A DNA stretch of 64,000 nt from NCBI GenBank assembly GCA_018662925.1, contig JABJFC010000057.1, positions 19,194 through 83,193 of the forward strand. The letters are read 5' to 3'. The position numbers were made by a program, and so were the translations under genes. The stretch is from Alphaproteobacteria bacterium. GTDB taxonomy: Bacteria; Pseudomonadota; Alphaproteobacteria; 16-39-46; JABJFC01. Position 1 is the first letter of the stretch, and every line of letters starts with the position of its first letter. The notes beneath the pieces are model-generated. The model ran no database searches and was not told the origin of the DNA. It saw only the letters and a list, made by a program, of their open reading frames with translations. Shown piece by piece: positions 1-10,168 of this stretch.

Positions 1-36
1 AAACAATTCGTTTGTTTGGCGATCGGTATTTCCTTT

Positions 37-1143
37 TCAAGAAGGGCTAGACTTGTCTATCACTCTATATCTTGTCGCTTTTCCTTGACCGATCCTGGCT
101 AGGCATTTCAGGGCAACTAACTTTTTGGTGCTTTCTTCTATGGTGCGAGCAGGAAAACCTAAAGCTTCTATGGCATCCTTTCGACTAAATTCGGAATCTC
201 TGGTGGTTGCCCACTGCCATAAAGAGAGTTGCCTTTCCGAAAGGACATATTCGATATTATCACTCTCGATAAGTTCTAGAGCTTGCAGGCTTTGATTTCT
301 AACAACATCTAGGAAGAATAATAGCCAAGGACCAATATCCTCAGTTTTACTTTTCCAAGTTCTTTGCGTCTTATTGAGAGCCAGATAATACTCTGCTTTG
401 ACTGACTCTATCACTCTTTCATGGGAAACGAGGGGTGTAAAAAGGTACCCCTGTTGCAAGAGCATGAGGTTTGTCAGTAATCTACTCGTTCTACCATTGC
501 CATCTTGGAAAGGATGGATGGCTAAATATTCGAATATAAAGTTTGCTACTAGAATTAGGGGATGTTTCAGCTTTTTTTCAATAGCCCAGTTGTACCAATC
601 GACCAGTTCATGCATCTCTTTTTTTACTAAGTATGGTGGGGTCGGATCAAAAATTACTCCCACAACATTTCCAGTATGATCCTTTGCTTCAACGCGGTTG
701 GAGCCAAATTTGTACTCGCCTTTATGGCGGTCATCTTTTTCACTATGAATCAACATATCATGATGCAGCTTGAGTATGAATGACTCGCTAATTGAGAGGT
801 CTTGATAGTTTTCAAGGACGAGCTCAAGACATTGCAGATATCCTGCAACTTCCTGCTCATCACGTGTTTTCAATTTTTTGATGCGCAAATTTTTGTATAG
901 ATTTTCCACTTCTATATCGGACAAGCGGTTGCCCTCAATTCGGTTGGAGGCACCTGTTGACGTTATAATCACTGAGTGCGTCAATCTTTGAATCGTTTGA
1001 GGGAGTAATTTTCCCGTAATGGCCCAACTATTCTTTACGGCGTCAATTTCTGCAATAGCGGCATACACCTTCTCGACGATAGAAGAATCTAAGTTTAACC
1101 TCACAGAAAGGCGAAATGTATCCCAGGTCATGTATTTACTCAC
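37..1143 (-). CDS. fic: Fic/DOC family protein (AMPylase-type), with intramolecular inhibitory motif
   Basis: 368 aa; canonical Fic motif HPFQDGNGRTSRLL; upstream [S/T]xxxE[G/N] inhibitory helix motif (SNRIEGN); N-terminal Fic_N-like region. Confidence 0.85.
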   Translation of the reverse strand: MSKYMTWDTFRLSVRLNLDSSIVEKVYAAIAEIDAVKNSWAITGKLLPQTIQRLTHSVIITSTGASNRIEGNRLSDIEVENLYKNLRIKKLKTRDEQEVAGYLQCLELVLENYQDLSISESFILKLHHDMLIHSEKDDRHKGEYKFGSNRVEAKDHTGNVVGVIFDPTPPYLVKKEMHELVDWYNWAIEKKLKHPLILVANFIFEYLAIHPFQDGNGRTSRLLTNLMLLQQGYLFTPLVSHERVIESVKAEYYLALNKTQRTWKSKTEDIGPWLLFFLDVVRNQSLQALELIESDNIEYVLSERQLSLWQWATTRDSEFSRKDAIEALGFPARTIEESTKKLVALKCLARIGQGKATRYRVIDKSSPS

Positions 1144-1240
1144 ATTTACTCTATGTGAGATTATGTGAGATTATGTGAGAAAAGTCAAAAACTTTTCACA
1201 TTTACTCTATGTGAGATTATGTGAGTATATGTGAGAAAAA
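1141..1240. promoter_or_regulatory. Operator-like repeat array immediately upstream of fic start: two ~38-bp blocks (TCACAtttactctATGTGA inverted repeat followed by ATTATGTGAG x3 at 10-nt period) separated by the palindrome gaaaagtcaaaaacttttc
   Basis: read directly; blocks at ~1141-1180 and ~1197-1235; lies within 100 bp 5' of the fic ATG (minus strand). Confidence 0.45.
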
Positions 1241-1356
1241 CTTTAGATGATATATTTCTGAAAAGTTTGGGAGGTCTTTCTGGAGGATAATCCTTGCATT
1301 TTTGATGCCGAAGAGGGTAAACATGGGGGACTTCAGATTTACAAAGGATTTAGACT

Positions 1357-3174
1357 GTGACTGCACTTCGTAACATTGCCATTATTGCCCACGTGGACCA
1401 TGGAAAAACAACACTTGTGGATGCCATGCTGCAACAGAGTGGGGCCTATAGAGAGAACCAAGCTGTTACTGAGCGGGCCATGGATTCTGGGGATCTTGAG
1501 AAAGAGCGTGGCATAACCATTCTGGCTAAGTGCACCTCATTAATTTGGGATAAGACCCGTATCAACATTGTAGATACACCAGGCCATGCCGACTTTGGGG
1601 GCGAGGTAGAGCGGATCCTGGATATGGTGGATGGCGTGCTTTTGCTGGTGGACAGTGTGGATGGTCCCATGCCGCAGACCAAGTTTGTGTTGACCAAGGC
1701 TTTGAAACTGGGTCTTAAGCCTATTGTTGTGATAAATAAATCCGATCGTCCGGATGCGCGTGTTGACGAAGTTCATTCTGAAATATTTGACCTCTTTTCA
1801 GCATTGGATGCGACGGAAGAGCAACTAGACTTTCCAGTTATTTTCGCTTCTGCTAAGGAGGGCTGGGCCGTTGATGATATGGCAGATGAAAAGAATGGTG
1901 TCGGGCCCTTGTTCGATATGATCCTAAAGTATGTTCCGCTTCCAAAAGAATCCGTTGAAGAGCCCTTTTCATTCTTAGTATCTATGATGGACTATGATTC
2001 CTATTTGGGACGAGTTTTTACAGGCCGGATCCACGGTGGAATTGCAAATATAAATATGCCTCTCAAGGCATTGAACTTAAAGGGTGAAGTGGTAGAAGAG
2101 GGTCGTTTAACAAAGCTTTTAGCTTTTAGGAACTTGGGTAGGGAACCCATAGAGCACGCGGAAGCGGGTGATATTATTTCTATCGCTGGACTAAAGAATG
2201 TAACGGTTACGGATACCCTGTGTGCCATGAGTGTTGAAAAACCGTTGCCTGCGTTGCCCATTGATCCTCCCACATTGATGATGACTTTTTCGGTTAACGA
2301 TTCGCCCTTTGCGGGACGGGAAGGATCAAAGGTTACCTCACGTATGATTCGGGATCGTCTCTTCCAAGAGAAAGAAGGAAACGTCGCGATCCGCGTTAAG
2401 GAAAGCGAAGGCAAAGATTCATTCGAAGTTGCTGGTAGAGGGGAACTACAATTGGGTGTTCTGATTGAGACCATGCGACGTGAAGGTTTCGAGCTCTCCA
2501 TTAGCCGTCCTCGTGTTCTCTTTATGGATGATCCTGATACGGGCGCCAAACTTGAGCCTATGGAAGAGGCTCAGATCGATGTGGATGATGAATTCACAGG
2601 TGTTGTCATTGAAAAGATGGGGCTTCGAAAAGCAGAGTTATTAGACATGGCACCCTCAGGGGGCGGAAAGACGCGCTTGAAATTTATCATTCCAACACGT
2701 GGACTCATTGGATATCAGAACGAATTTATGTCTGACACGCGGGGAACAGGCGTAATGAGCCGCCTTTTCAGTGGATTTGCGCCTTACAAGGGAGAGATAG
2801 GATCCCGTCGTAATGGGGTGCTGATTTCCACTGAAACTGGAAAGGCAGTGGCTTATGCTCTTTGGAAACTAGAAGATCGTGGATTCATGGTCATTGATTC
2901 GGGGATGGATGTTTATAAAGGAATGATCATTGGAGAAAACAGTCGTCCCAATGACTTAGAAGTGAATCCCATCAAAGAGAAACAACTTACTAACGTTCGA
3001 GCGTCAGGAAAAGATGATGCGATTCAGCTTACACCACCCCGTAAGATGACTCTGGAGCAGTCTATGTCTTATATTGGTGACGATGAGCTGATTGAGGTTA
3101 CACCCAAGAACATCCGTTTAAGAAAACGTTATCTGGAGTCACATATTCGTAAGCGGGCTTCTAGGGAGCAATAA
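1357..3174 (+). CDS. typA: Translational GTPase TypA/BipA
   Basis: 605 aa; G1 motif [22 protein letters not shown]; EF-G-like domain organisation typical of BipA. Confidence 0.95.
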   Translation: MTALRNIAIIAHVDHGKTTLVDAMLQQSGAYRENQAVTERAMDSGDLEKERGITILAKCTSLIWDKTRINIVDTPGHADFGGEVERILDMVDGVLLLVDSVDGPMPQTKFVLTKALKLGLKPIVVINKSDRPDARVDEVHSEIFDLFSALDATEEQLDFPVIFASAKEGWAVDDMADEKNGVGPLFDMILKYVPLPKESVEEPFSFLVSMMDYDSYLGRVFTGRIHGGIANINMPLKALNLKGEVVEEGRLTKLLAFRNLGREPIEHAEAGDIISIAGLKNVTVTDTLCAMSVEKPLPALPIDPPTLMMTFSVNDSPFAGREGSKVTSRMIRDRLFQEKEGNVAIRVKESEGKDSFEVAGRGELQLGVLIETMRREGFELSISRPRVLFMDDPDTGAKLEPMEEAQIDVDDEFTGVVIEKMGLRKAELLDMAPSGGGKTRLKFIIPTRGLIGYQNEFMSDTRGTGVMSRLFSGFAPYKGEIGSRRNGVLISTETGKAVAYALWKLEDRGFMVIDSGMDVYKGMIIGENSRPNDLEVNPIKEKQLTNVRASGKDDAIQLTPPRKMTLEQSMSYIGDDELIEVTPKNIRLRKRYLESHIRKRASREQ

Positions 3175-3393
3175 GCTTAATTCAACTAGAGCGACTCTCA
3201 ATTTTTGAGTTTCATTTTTTGCAAAGTGGCATTGCTAATGCCATAAACGCAGTAAAATTGGCCTTTGCGACGCCATAAATGTAGTGATCATTTCATGTTT
3301 CCTAGGCATTTCGCGATGGTAATCCCTAGACTCAGCAATGTTAAGCGGCATTGTTAAACAGAAGACTAATGGCCTCAGATTCCACTATAGAGT

Positions 3394-3918
3394 TTAAATA
3401 TCTTCAGCCGTTACAGGTACAAGCGTCCCAGAATCTGGGTCTTGCTCCAGTTCCTCAGGGGAGTCTGTTTCCATCTCAGCTTCTTCATCCAGTTCCTCGA
3501 GAACTGGATGTGGAAGAATCATGTCGGGTGCAGTTGGTTTGTTAGTCCAACGCAAGACCACGGCCTTTTGCTTAATATTATTTGTTGCTACCCCGCCCTT
3601 CCATATTTTATTTTCATTGGGAGGAAAATTCTGGTCAACGTCTTCAACTATAATGACATCACCTCCCATTTTTCCCGCATCATTTCGGAGTTTATTATGG
3701 CATGCCTTGATGTTTGCTTCGATATCTCTAGCGTTTAATCCTACCTCACAATGTACGTTTCCAATTTCCTCCAGATTATCTAAGTCATCTTCGCCGAGGC
3801 CCTCAATTTTTGAGATTTTCACAGATTCACCGTCGGAATTAAGGTCGTGCATTGGCGAATGTGAACAAGCGTTTATGACAAATAGGAGACTGATAAATAA
3901 AAGAAACCTGACGTTCAT
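3394..3918 (-). CDS. Hypothetical lipoprotein with acidic C-terminal tail (ORF extends to 3954; probable start at Met-13 MNVRFLL... with lipobox INAC)
   Basis: signal peptide + LxxC lipobox; ATG at 3916-3918 (rc); no recognisable domain. Confidence 0.45.
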   Translation of the reverse strand: MNVRFLLFISLLFVINACSHSPMHDLNSDGESVKISKIEGLGEDDLDNLEEIGNVHCEVGLNARDIEANIKACHNKLRNDAGKMGGDVIIVEDVDQNFPPNENKIWKGGVATNNIKQKAVVLRWTNKPTAPDMILPHPVLEELDEEAEMETDSPEELEQDPDSGTLVPVTAEDI

Positions 3919-4085
3919 TGGATACATTCTTATACTCCCGTGCATGCTGTGCAATTCTTATAATTCTTTATCCTACATCTTACTATTTATGCAGAGAAAC
4001 GCAAGGGAGATTTGGTTTTGAAATCTACGATAGGAAATTAAAATCATTGTGAACAAAATCATAGAAACAATGAAGGTTATCCTAT

Positions 4086-5039
4086 ATGATCGCGGCGAAG
4101 CCCAAGGAGGAGAGAATTGTGACCCATACGAAAGCTGTGGACACGCAGAGGACCATACAAAGAAAGCCAGATTGGATCCGTGTGAAAGCGCCCGTATCTG
4201 AGGAATATCACAATACTCGTAAGTTAATGCGTCAGCTAAACTTAAACACAGTTTGTGAAGAAGCGGCTTGTCCTAACATTGGGGAGTGTTGGGCAAAGAA
4301 GCATGCGACGGTGATGATCTTGGGGAGTGTGTGTACGAGGGCTTGCGCCTTTTGTAATGTGAAAACAGGCCGACCCGATCTCTTAGATCCTCACGAACCT
4401 GAGAATGTGGCCATAGCAGTGGGCAAAATGGGGCTCTCTCATGTGGTCATTACGTCGGTGGATAGAGATGACTTAGATGACGGTGGCGCGGACCATTTTG
4501 GGCAAGTTATTGAGAAAATAAGAGAACACGCTCCCAGGACGACCATTGAAGTCTTGACCCCTGACTTTTTAAGAAAAGCAGGTGCCATAGGGCGTGTAGT
4601 GAAAGCACGTCCAGATGTGTACAATCATAATTTGGAAACTGTACCAAGGCTTTATGCCACTGTGCGTCCTGGTGCTCGTTATTTCCATTCGCTGAAGCTT
4701 TTAAGTCAGGTAAAAGAATTGGACCCAAGAATGTTTACCAAGTCAGGACTCATGGTTGGGCTTGGAGAATCGAAATCAGAGATCTATCAAGTTATGGATG
4801 ATCTTCGTGCTGCAGAGGTAGATTTCTTGACCATTGGTCAGTATTTACAACCTACTCCTAAGCATCATCCAGTTGAAAGGTTTGTCCCTCCAGCTGAGTT
4901 TGAGGAGTACGCAAAAATGGCTCGTGGAAAAGGATTTTTAATGGTATCTGCTTCGCCATTAACCCGTTCTTCTTATCATGCTGGAGATGACTTTGAGCAG
5001 TTAAAAGCGAATCGTTTGGCCCAAGAAGAGGTTTCGTGA
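4086..5039 (+). CDS. lipA: Lipoyl synthase (radical SAM)
   Basis: 317 aa; N-terminal Cys cluster [12 protein letters not shown] and radical-SAM CTRACAFC motif. Confidence 0.95.
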   Translation: MIAAKPKEERIVTHTKAVDTQRTIQRKPDWIRVKAPVSEEYHNTRKLMRQLNLNTVCEEAACPNIGECWAKKHATVMILGSVCTRACAFCNVKTGRPDLLDPHEPENVAIAVGKMGLSHVVITSVDRDDLDDGGADHFGQVIEKIREHAPRTTIEVLTPDFLRKAGAIGRVVKARPDVYNHNLETVPRLYATVRPGARYFHSLKLLSQVKELDPRMFTKSGLMVGLGESKSEIYQVMDDLRAAEVDFLTIGQYLQPTPKHHPVERFVPPAEFEEYAKMARGKGFLMVSASPLTRSSYHAGDDFEQLKANRLAQEEVS

Positions 5040-5489
5040 GTGCCCACCCATCGTGAGAAATACTTCCTTCCCTATACGGTCGAGCAGATCTATGATCTTG
5101 TGGTTGATATAGACCGTTATCCTGAATTTTTGCCATGGTGTCTGGAAGCCCATGTTCGGGAAAAATCGCGAAAAAAGATCATAGCTGATCTTGCCGTGGG
5201 CTATTCAATTTTCAAGGAGAGATTTACATCTCGTGTTCTGTTATCTCCACCAAATCGAATTGATGTGGTCTATGAAGAAGGGCCGTTTGAACATTTGGAT
5301 AACCACTGGATTTTTACGCCAATCAACAAAAAGCATGGGAACAAAACCCTATTGTGTGAAATAGATTTCTATGTAGACTTCGCTTTCAAATCCCCTACAT
5401 TCGAAAAGTTGATGCAAGGTTTTTTCGTACAAGCTGTTCATCATATGGTTCAGGCTTTTGAGGAAAGGGCCAAAACTCTTTACGGATAG
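5040..5489 (+). CDS. SRPBCC/START-fold protein (RatA / Coq10-like), GTG start abutting lipA stop
   Basis: 149 aa; YTVEQIYDLVVDIDRYPEFLPWC resembles RatA/Coq10 family; conserved lipA neighbour in alphaproteobacteria. Confidence 0.7.
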   Translation: MPTHREKYFLPYTVEQIYDLVVDIDRYPEFLPWCLEAHVREKSRKKIIADLAVGYSIFKERFTSRVLLSPPNRIDVVYEEGPFEHLDNHWIFTPINKKHGNKTLLCEIDFYVDFAFKSPTFEKLMQGFFVQAVHHMVQAFEERAKTLYG

Positions 5490-6334
5490 CTATTCATAGC
5501 CATGTTGGGTGAGAATGTAGGTCGATCAGACTCCTGAAAAAAATACTCGATCACTTCTGACTTCGTTTTGCATTTGAATTTTTTCTTTACATTTACGATA
5601 TACTGTTCAACGGTCCTCGGTGATAGCCCCATATCACAGGCTGTCTCTTTCATGGTTTTCCCTTTGGAAATATGAGAGATGCATTCATGTTCTCTACAGG
5701 AAAGTTGTGCCCCAACACCTGGGGTGTGAGCCTCAATGTCCCTGAAGAAAGAGAGCCTGTTTTCGGAGTTGTGCTTTGGGATGCAGAGATTTCCGAAATC
5801 AAGCATTTTAGCCGGCACTGTTATCACTTCGTTTGGTGGATTGATGATAAAATCACTCGCTTTTTCTTTGAAATAAAAGGAGTACTGGGTAAGGAGGGCT
5901 TGATGATTGACGAAAAAGTCAATTATTTGATGTGAATCACGTGTGCTGGAAAAATAAAATGCCTCGGCATAATTTTTATACCTTTTATAGATGCTGAGAC
6001 CATTCCATATATTTGATTCATATAGAGAAGAAGTGAGCTGAGATTGAGGAAGCGTTTCCCACAAAACGAAATTGGAATCATCTACCGGAATTTTTTCCAG
6101 CATATTTCGATAGTGAGATTCGTTATCATAAAACTTTTTCTGAAGATAAAACTTCAGCCAGTCCGTATTTGTACACAGCTGTAAATGAGTGCCGTCTTCA
6201 AAAAATCTGATGTAAGAAAAAACAGTTATTCCGAAATTCTTGAAGAGAGGCTCGCAAAGTTCAACGAGCTGCGCGTTTATTTCGCAATTATACTTCCACG
6301 TCGACTTATTCATCGCATTGGCAGAAACTGTCAT
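5480..6334 (-). CDS. LuxR-family transcriptional regulator (C-terminal GerE/LuxR HTH; N-terminal possible ligand-binding domain), solo - no luxI nearby
   Basis: C-terminal ...CISHISKGKTMKETACDMGLSPRTVEQYIVNVKKKFKCKTKSEVIEY LuxR-type HTH. Confidence 0.65.
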   Translation of the reverse strand: MTVSANAMNKSTWKYNCEINAQLVELCEPLFKNFGITVFSYIRFFEDGTHLQLCTNTDWLKFYLQKKFYDNESHYRNMLEKIPVDDSNFVLWETLPQSQLTSSLYESNIWNGLSIYKRYKNYAEAFYFSSTRDSHQIIDFFVNHQALLTQYSFYFKEKASDFIINPPNEVITVPAKMLDFGNLCIPKHNSENRLSFFRDIEAHTPGVGAQLSCREHECISHISKGKTMKETACDMGLSPRTVEQYIVNVKKKFKCKTKSEVIEYFFQESDRPTFSPNMAMNSYP

Positions 6335-6449
6335 ACTTTACCCCTTAGTTAGTATTTGACTTTCTTTTAAAAACATTGTCAACATTTTTTGTAAATTGGG
6401 CATTCCAGGTTTTGTACATTGTTTTGTTTCAATGAGTTAAAAGAGGAAA

Positions 6450-6848
6450 GTGGTTATGAAAAAAGACTTTTATTATTTATCTCATCCCTATAATGGGACC
6501 GATTCGGAAAAAGAAAGTAGAGTTTCGGCTGCAAAAAGCGCCTGTATCCATATGCTAGAGAATAATATTCATGTTTTTAGTCCGATTCTTCACAACCATA
6601 CAATCATTGCTTCTTTTGGGACGTTGAGTTTGGAAGATCGGCGGCGCATGTTTTTGTCATTTGATTTTTCCCTACTGTCGGCCTCTGCCGCAATGATCTT
6701 ATTAAAACTTGATGGTTGGAAGAACTCTTATGGAGTTCAAAAGGAAGTTGAGTTTTGTGAAGAACAGCAAATTCCAATCTTTGAATATTCTTTGGAAGAA
6801 TTGTTGAAGGTAAAAAGCTTTTCAGATGAGGTGAGGTCCGTAGGGTAG
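6450..6848 (+). CDS. Hypothetical protein (small, possibly nucleoside 2-deoxyribosyltransferase-like fold)
   Basis: 132 aa ORF with plausible RBS (aaagaggaaagtggttATG); no clear motif. Confidence 0.4.
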   Translation: MVMKKDFYYLSHPYNGTDSEKESRVSAAKSACIHMLENNIHVFSPILHNHTIIASFGTLSLEDRRRMFLSFDFSLLSASAAMILLKLDGWKNSYGVQKEVEFCEEQQIPIFEYSLEELLKVKSFSDEVRSVG

Positions 6849-6896
6849 GGGGTTGCTATAGGGGTTGTTTCTTGTTAAAAGGCGACCAAGAGTTCA

Positions 6897-7520
6897 GTGC
6901 AAACAAAGGGAGATAACTCCATGTTGGTAACTCCACAACGTTTTAACCCACCCATTTCGTCGGTATTTCCGCAGCTTGGCAATTTGTCTATTTTGCAGCA
7001 ATTCGCGCTAGCGATTGTTGGGACATTGTTTCTGACAATTTCTGCAAAGGTACAAGTTCCCATTTGGCCAGTCAAAGTCAGCATGCAGACTTCGGCGCTG
7101 GTCCTCATTGGGATTCTATATGGTCCTAGATTAGGGATCGCAACTGTTTTTCTCTATATGTTGGAGGGAATTAGTGGGTTCCCCGTTTTCCAAGGGACAC
7201 CTGATCGCGGGTTAGGGATATCTTACATGATGGGCCCTACTGGCGGCTACCTTTTGGGCTTTTTCGCTTTAACGTATTTCATGGGAGTGTTTTTTGAAAA
7301 AGGATACGGTTCTAAACTTACGAAGGCGCTTCCCGCGGTCTTTGTAGCTTTTTGCTCGTTATACGTACCAGGGGTAGCTTGGTTGAGCTATCTCATAGGC
7401 GTTGAGAAAGGCTTACACTTAGGACTGTATGTTTTCCTCCCTTCGGCTTTTCTCCAAATGGGATTGTGTGCAACGCTGTGGTTAATGTTTTCTAGAAAGT
7501 GTTGTAAAGTTGAAAACTAG
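6897..7520 (+). CDS. bioY: Biotin transporter BioY (ECF S component)
   Basis: multi-TM; motifs GFPVFQG, GPTGGYLLGF typical of BioY; start likely Met-9 (6921). Confidence 0.75.
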   Translation: MQTKGDNSMLVTPQRFNPPISSVFPQLGNLSILQQFALAIVGTLFLTISAKVQVPIWPVKVSMQTSALVLIGILYGPRLGIATVFLYMLEGISGFPVFQGTPDRGLGISYMMGPTGGYLLGFFALTYFMGVFFEKGYGSKLTKALPAVFVAFCSLYVPGVAWLSYLIGVEKGLHLGLYVFLPSAFLQMGLCATLWLMFSRKCCKVEN

Positions 7521-7642
7521 AGGATGTTCTGAACTTTTTTTGCATGTTTCTAACAAATATTTGTTGACATTATAGTGTAGGGGCTCCTTTAGTGTATTTC
7601 GCAACTTGTATTTCTACTGCAGTAGGGCTTTGTTAGTTACCG

Positions 7643-9097
7643 ATGCAATTTTCAGATCTTGGGTTAGATGAAAAAACGTTAAAGGCTGTTGATGAGGCCG
7701 GGTTTAAGTCACCAACACCCATTCAATCAAAAACGATTCCCATATTTCTAGATGGGAAAGATGTTCTTGCTTCAGCGCAAACTGGAACGGGAAAATCGGC
7801 TTCTTTTTTGCTCCCGCTTATGTGTTTGCTTTCCCAAGGTCGTGCTAGGGCACGGATGCCGCGCGCGTTGATACTAGAGCCAACCCGAGAATTAGCGGCG
7901 CAATTGGATTCAGAATTTAAAAAGTTAGGAAAGCACCACAAACTGAATAGTGTTCTTATCGTTGGCGGAGAGTCAATGGAGGAACAAGAAAGATTGTTGG
8001 CAAAGGGCGCCGATGTCCTTATTGTGACGCCCGGACGTTTATTAGATCTTTTTTCCAGAGGGAGGATCCTTCTGACGGCTGTGAAGTATCTGGTTATTGA
8101 TGAAGCAGATAGGATGTTAGATATGGGATTTATTCCCGATCTAAAGGAGATTGTCAGAAAGTTACCTGCCAAAAGACAGACGCTTCTATTCTCAGCGACG
8201 ATGCCATCTGAAATTCGGAAACTTGCTCATGGCTTTTTGGTAAATCCAGAAGAAGTCGCGATTGAATCCAAGACGACAACAGCTGAAACCATTGACCAAT
8301 ATTTGGTTAAACTGGATTTTCTCTCGAAAAAGGCTACCGAACAGCAAGTAGGTGTCGTTAAAAGGGCTGCTTTGAGATACCTTTTAGAGAAACAGCATAT
8401 TGAACAAGCTATTATTTTTTGTAATCGAAAAAGAGACGTTGATAGTCTTAACCTTTCTTTAAAAAGACATGGTTATGACAGTGAAGCTCTTCATGGGGAT
8501 TTCCCTCAATCTAAGAGGCGAGAAATACTAGATTCGGTTAAATCTGGTGATGTTCACATACTGGTTGCAAGTGACGTAGCTGCACGAGGTCTCCATATAG
8601 ACGAAATTAGCCATGTTTTTAGTTTTGATGTCCCAACAAACCCTGAAGAGTACGTTCATCGTATTGGTCGCACAGGTCGAGCAGGGAAGTCTGGTGAATC
8701 TTATCTTTTTGAGACGCCAAAGGACCATAAATTAATGCAGGCTGTTATTACTGCCATCGGTCATCCGATAGACGCTGTGGATCTCTCTGGTTTTTCGGCA
8801 CCTGACTACTTAGCACCAGCTAGTAAGAAAAAGATGCCTGCTAAAGGACAAGGAGCTAAGGTAACTGAAAGCCAAAAGCCGTCTGTAGATGACCTGCCTC
8901 GTAAGGATGAGAGTCAGCCAAGAAAAGAAGCCTTAGAAGACAGACGAGAGAGGCGACACAACTGGAATAGGATTGAAACCGAAACTTTGCCAGAAGTTGG
9001 TTTTGGCGAGACAATCCCTGCCTTTATGAAAGTTATTCCAGCAAGTACAGGGCCTGATGCTAAAAAATCTCCTGAGAAATCAAAAAAGAAAAAGTAA
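7643..9097 (+). CDS. rhlE: DEAD-box ATP-dependent RNA helicase (RhlE-like) with Lys/Glu-rich C-terminal tail
   Basis: Q-motif, AQTGTGKS (motif I), DEAD box in VIDEADRMLDMGF, SAT, HRIGRTGRAG. Confidence 0.9.
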   Translation: MQFSDLGLDEKTLKAVDEAGFKSPTPIQSKTIPIFLDGKDVLASAQTGTGKSASFLLPLMCLLSQGRARARMPRALILEPTRELAAQLDSEFKKLGKHHKLNSVLIVGGESMEEQERLLAKGADVLIVTPGRLLDLFSRGRILLTAVKYLVIDEADRMLDMGFIPDLKEIVRKLPAKRQTLLFSATMPSEIRKLAHGFLVNPEEVAIESKTTTAETIDQYLVKLDFLSKKATEQQVGVVKRAALRYLLEKQHIEQAIIFCNRKRDVDSLNLSLKRHGYDSEALHGDFPQSKRREILDSVKSGDVHILVASDVAARGLHIDEISHVFSFDVPTNPEEYVHRIGRTGRAGKSGESYLFETPKDHKLMQAVITAIGHPIDAVDLSGFSAPDYLAPASKKKMPAKGQGAKVTESQKPSVDDLPRKDESQPRKEALEDRRERRHNWNRIETETLPEVGFGETIPAFMKVIPASTGPDAKKSPEKSKKKK

Positions 9098-9195
9098 AAA
9101 AGAATATTTAAGGGGCAATTTCTGCTTTTTTAGTGCTCTAGCGTGTGAAAAATACTTGCTTTTTTTATTGTGGCGGGTTAAATCCTTTAACCGAA

Positions 9196-9271
9196 GTCCC
9201 CATCGTCTAGCGGTCTAGGACATTGCCCTTTCAAGGCGAAAACACGGGTTCGAGTCCCGTTGGGGACGCCA
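9196..9271 (+). tRNA. tRNA-Glu (anticodon UUC), CCA encoded
   Basis: manual cloverleaf fold: acceptor GTCCCCA/TGGGGAC, anticodon loop CTTTCAA, T-loop TTCGAGT; near-identical to proteobacterial tRNA-Glu. Confidence 0.9.
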
Positions 9272-9377
9272 TCCGTCTTCGCTTCGCTACGACGTGATAA
9301 TCCGTTAGGGTTAGAGAAGCTAGACGGGCTGATCAATACATTTTCGCTACATCCGTCTTCGTTTCTCTACGAAGTGA
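9271..9377. repeat. Two direct copies of a 27-nt repeat (ATCCGTCTTCGCTTCGCTACGACGTGA / ATCCGTCTTCGTTTCTCTACGAAGTGA) starting at the tRNA-Glu 3' end; an inverted copy occurs at 55665-55691
   Basis: read directly; copies at 9271-9297 and 9351-9377. Confidence 0.7.
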
Positions 9378-9516
9378 TATATCGCTACGATGGGCTACGC
9401 CTTTCCACAAGCAGCACTACGTAAAAATCTGCTGCCCTGTATCATTCCTTGCATTAGCAATCATTGGCTAAGCCTTAGGCTGCCATATGATTCCTTAGGA
9501 TCTGGATTCCAGGCAC

Positions 9517-9575
9517 TCTACTACTCACCGGATTAAGACGCCGGGTCGCCTAGAGTGCCTAAAGGTTCTGACATG
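9517..9575. repeat. Copy of dispersed repeat module Y (…caccggAttaagacgccggGtcgcctagagt…ggttctgacatgac)
   Basis: aligns with 27311-27370 and 55457-55515. Confidence 0.6.
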
Positions 9576-10116
9576 ACACCATTGTGCTCGAGGCTCATCT
9601 CTCTTTCCAGTCATCTGTTACTAGCCAAACAAATATTCTGATTTTTCAAGCCATTAAAACCTATTTCGTGTAATAAAAACGAACATCTAATAAATAGAAC
9701 GTAAAGGGATAGTTTTATTAATATTACACTACTTAAGGTTATTTGGTCACCGCATATAAAGGCTGGATGTGGAAAACTCTGTTGAAAAAATGAAATTCCT
9801 AATATTTATAGCTTTTTATTTGGGCCAACTTATCCACAGACATCAAAAAAGTGTTTTATATCAAAACGTTACCCTCTTCTTCTTTAGGTAAAAATTTTAT
9901 TTAATTTTTTTAAAATTTGCTATTGATTTTTTTTTTGAGCATGCTAGATTATAAATAACAATAACAAAAAAATTAGCACACATGACCACAGTGCATAACT
10001 CTTGGGGTGGACGTAATGTCCACCATTTTATTATCAGCAGCTTTTGTATTCGGAACCGAGAGGATCAACCAGAGTTGATTACTTCTTAAGTTGGTTTTGT
10101 TTCTTCGCATTCAGAA

Positions 10117-10146
10117 CAAAAAAAATGCCCCCATAAAGGGAGCATT
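10117..10146 (-). terminator. Rho-independent terminator downstream of the XRE-like regulator (minus strand: ATGCTCCC-tttat-GGGGGCAT followed by T8)
   Basis: hairpin plus U-tract read on reverse complement. Confidence 0.5.
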
Positions 10147-10168
10147 TTAGTTGATAATGTAGCCTTAC

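Noticed and set aside
398-679. 93-aa plus-strand ORF inside fic
   Set aside because: Antisense to a well-supported Fic CDS; no RBS or motif
1446-2549. Three minus-strand ORFs (83, 78, 182 aa) inside typA
   Set aside because: Antisense frames of a highly conserved GTPase gene; low-complexity translations
3175-3300. Possible terminator hairpin ggcattgctaatgcc after typA
   Set aside because: Stem present but no downstream T-tract; too weak to call
3351-4021. Plus-strand ORFs 3351-3545, 3442-3738, 3521-4021 overlapping the lipoprotein gene
   Set aside because: Overlap a minus-strand ORF with a clean signal peptide/lipobox; no features of their own
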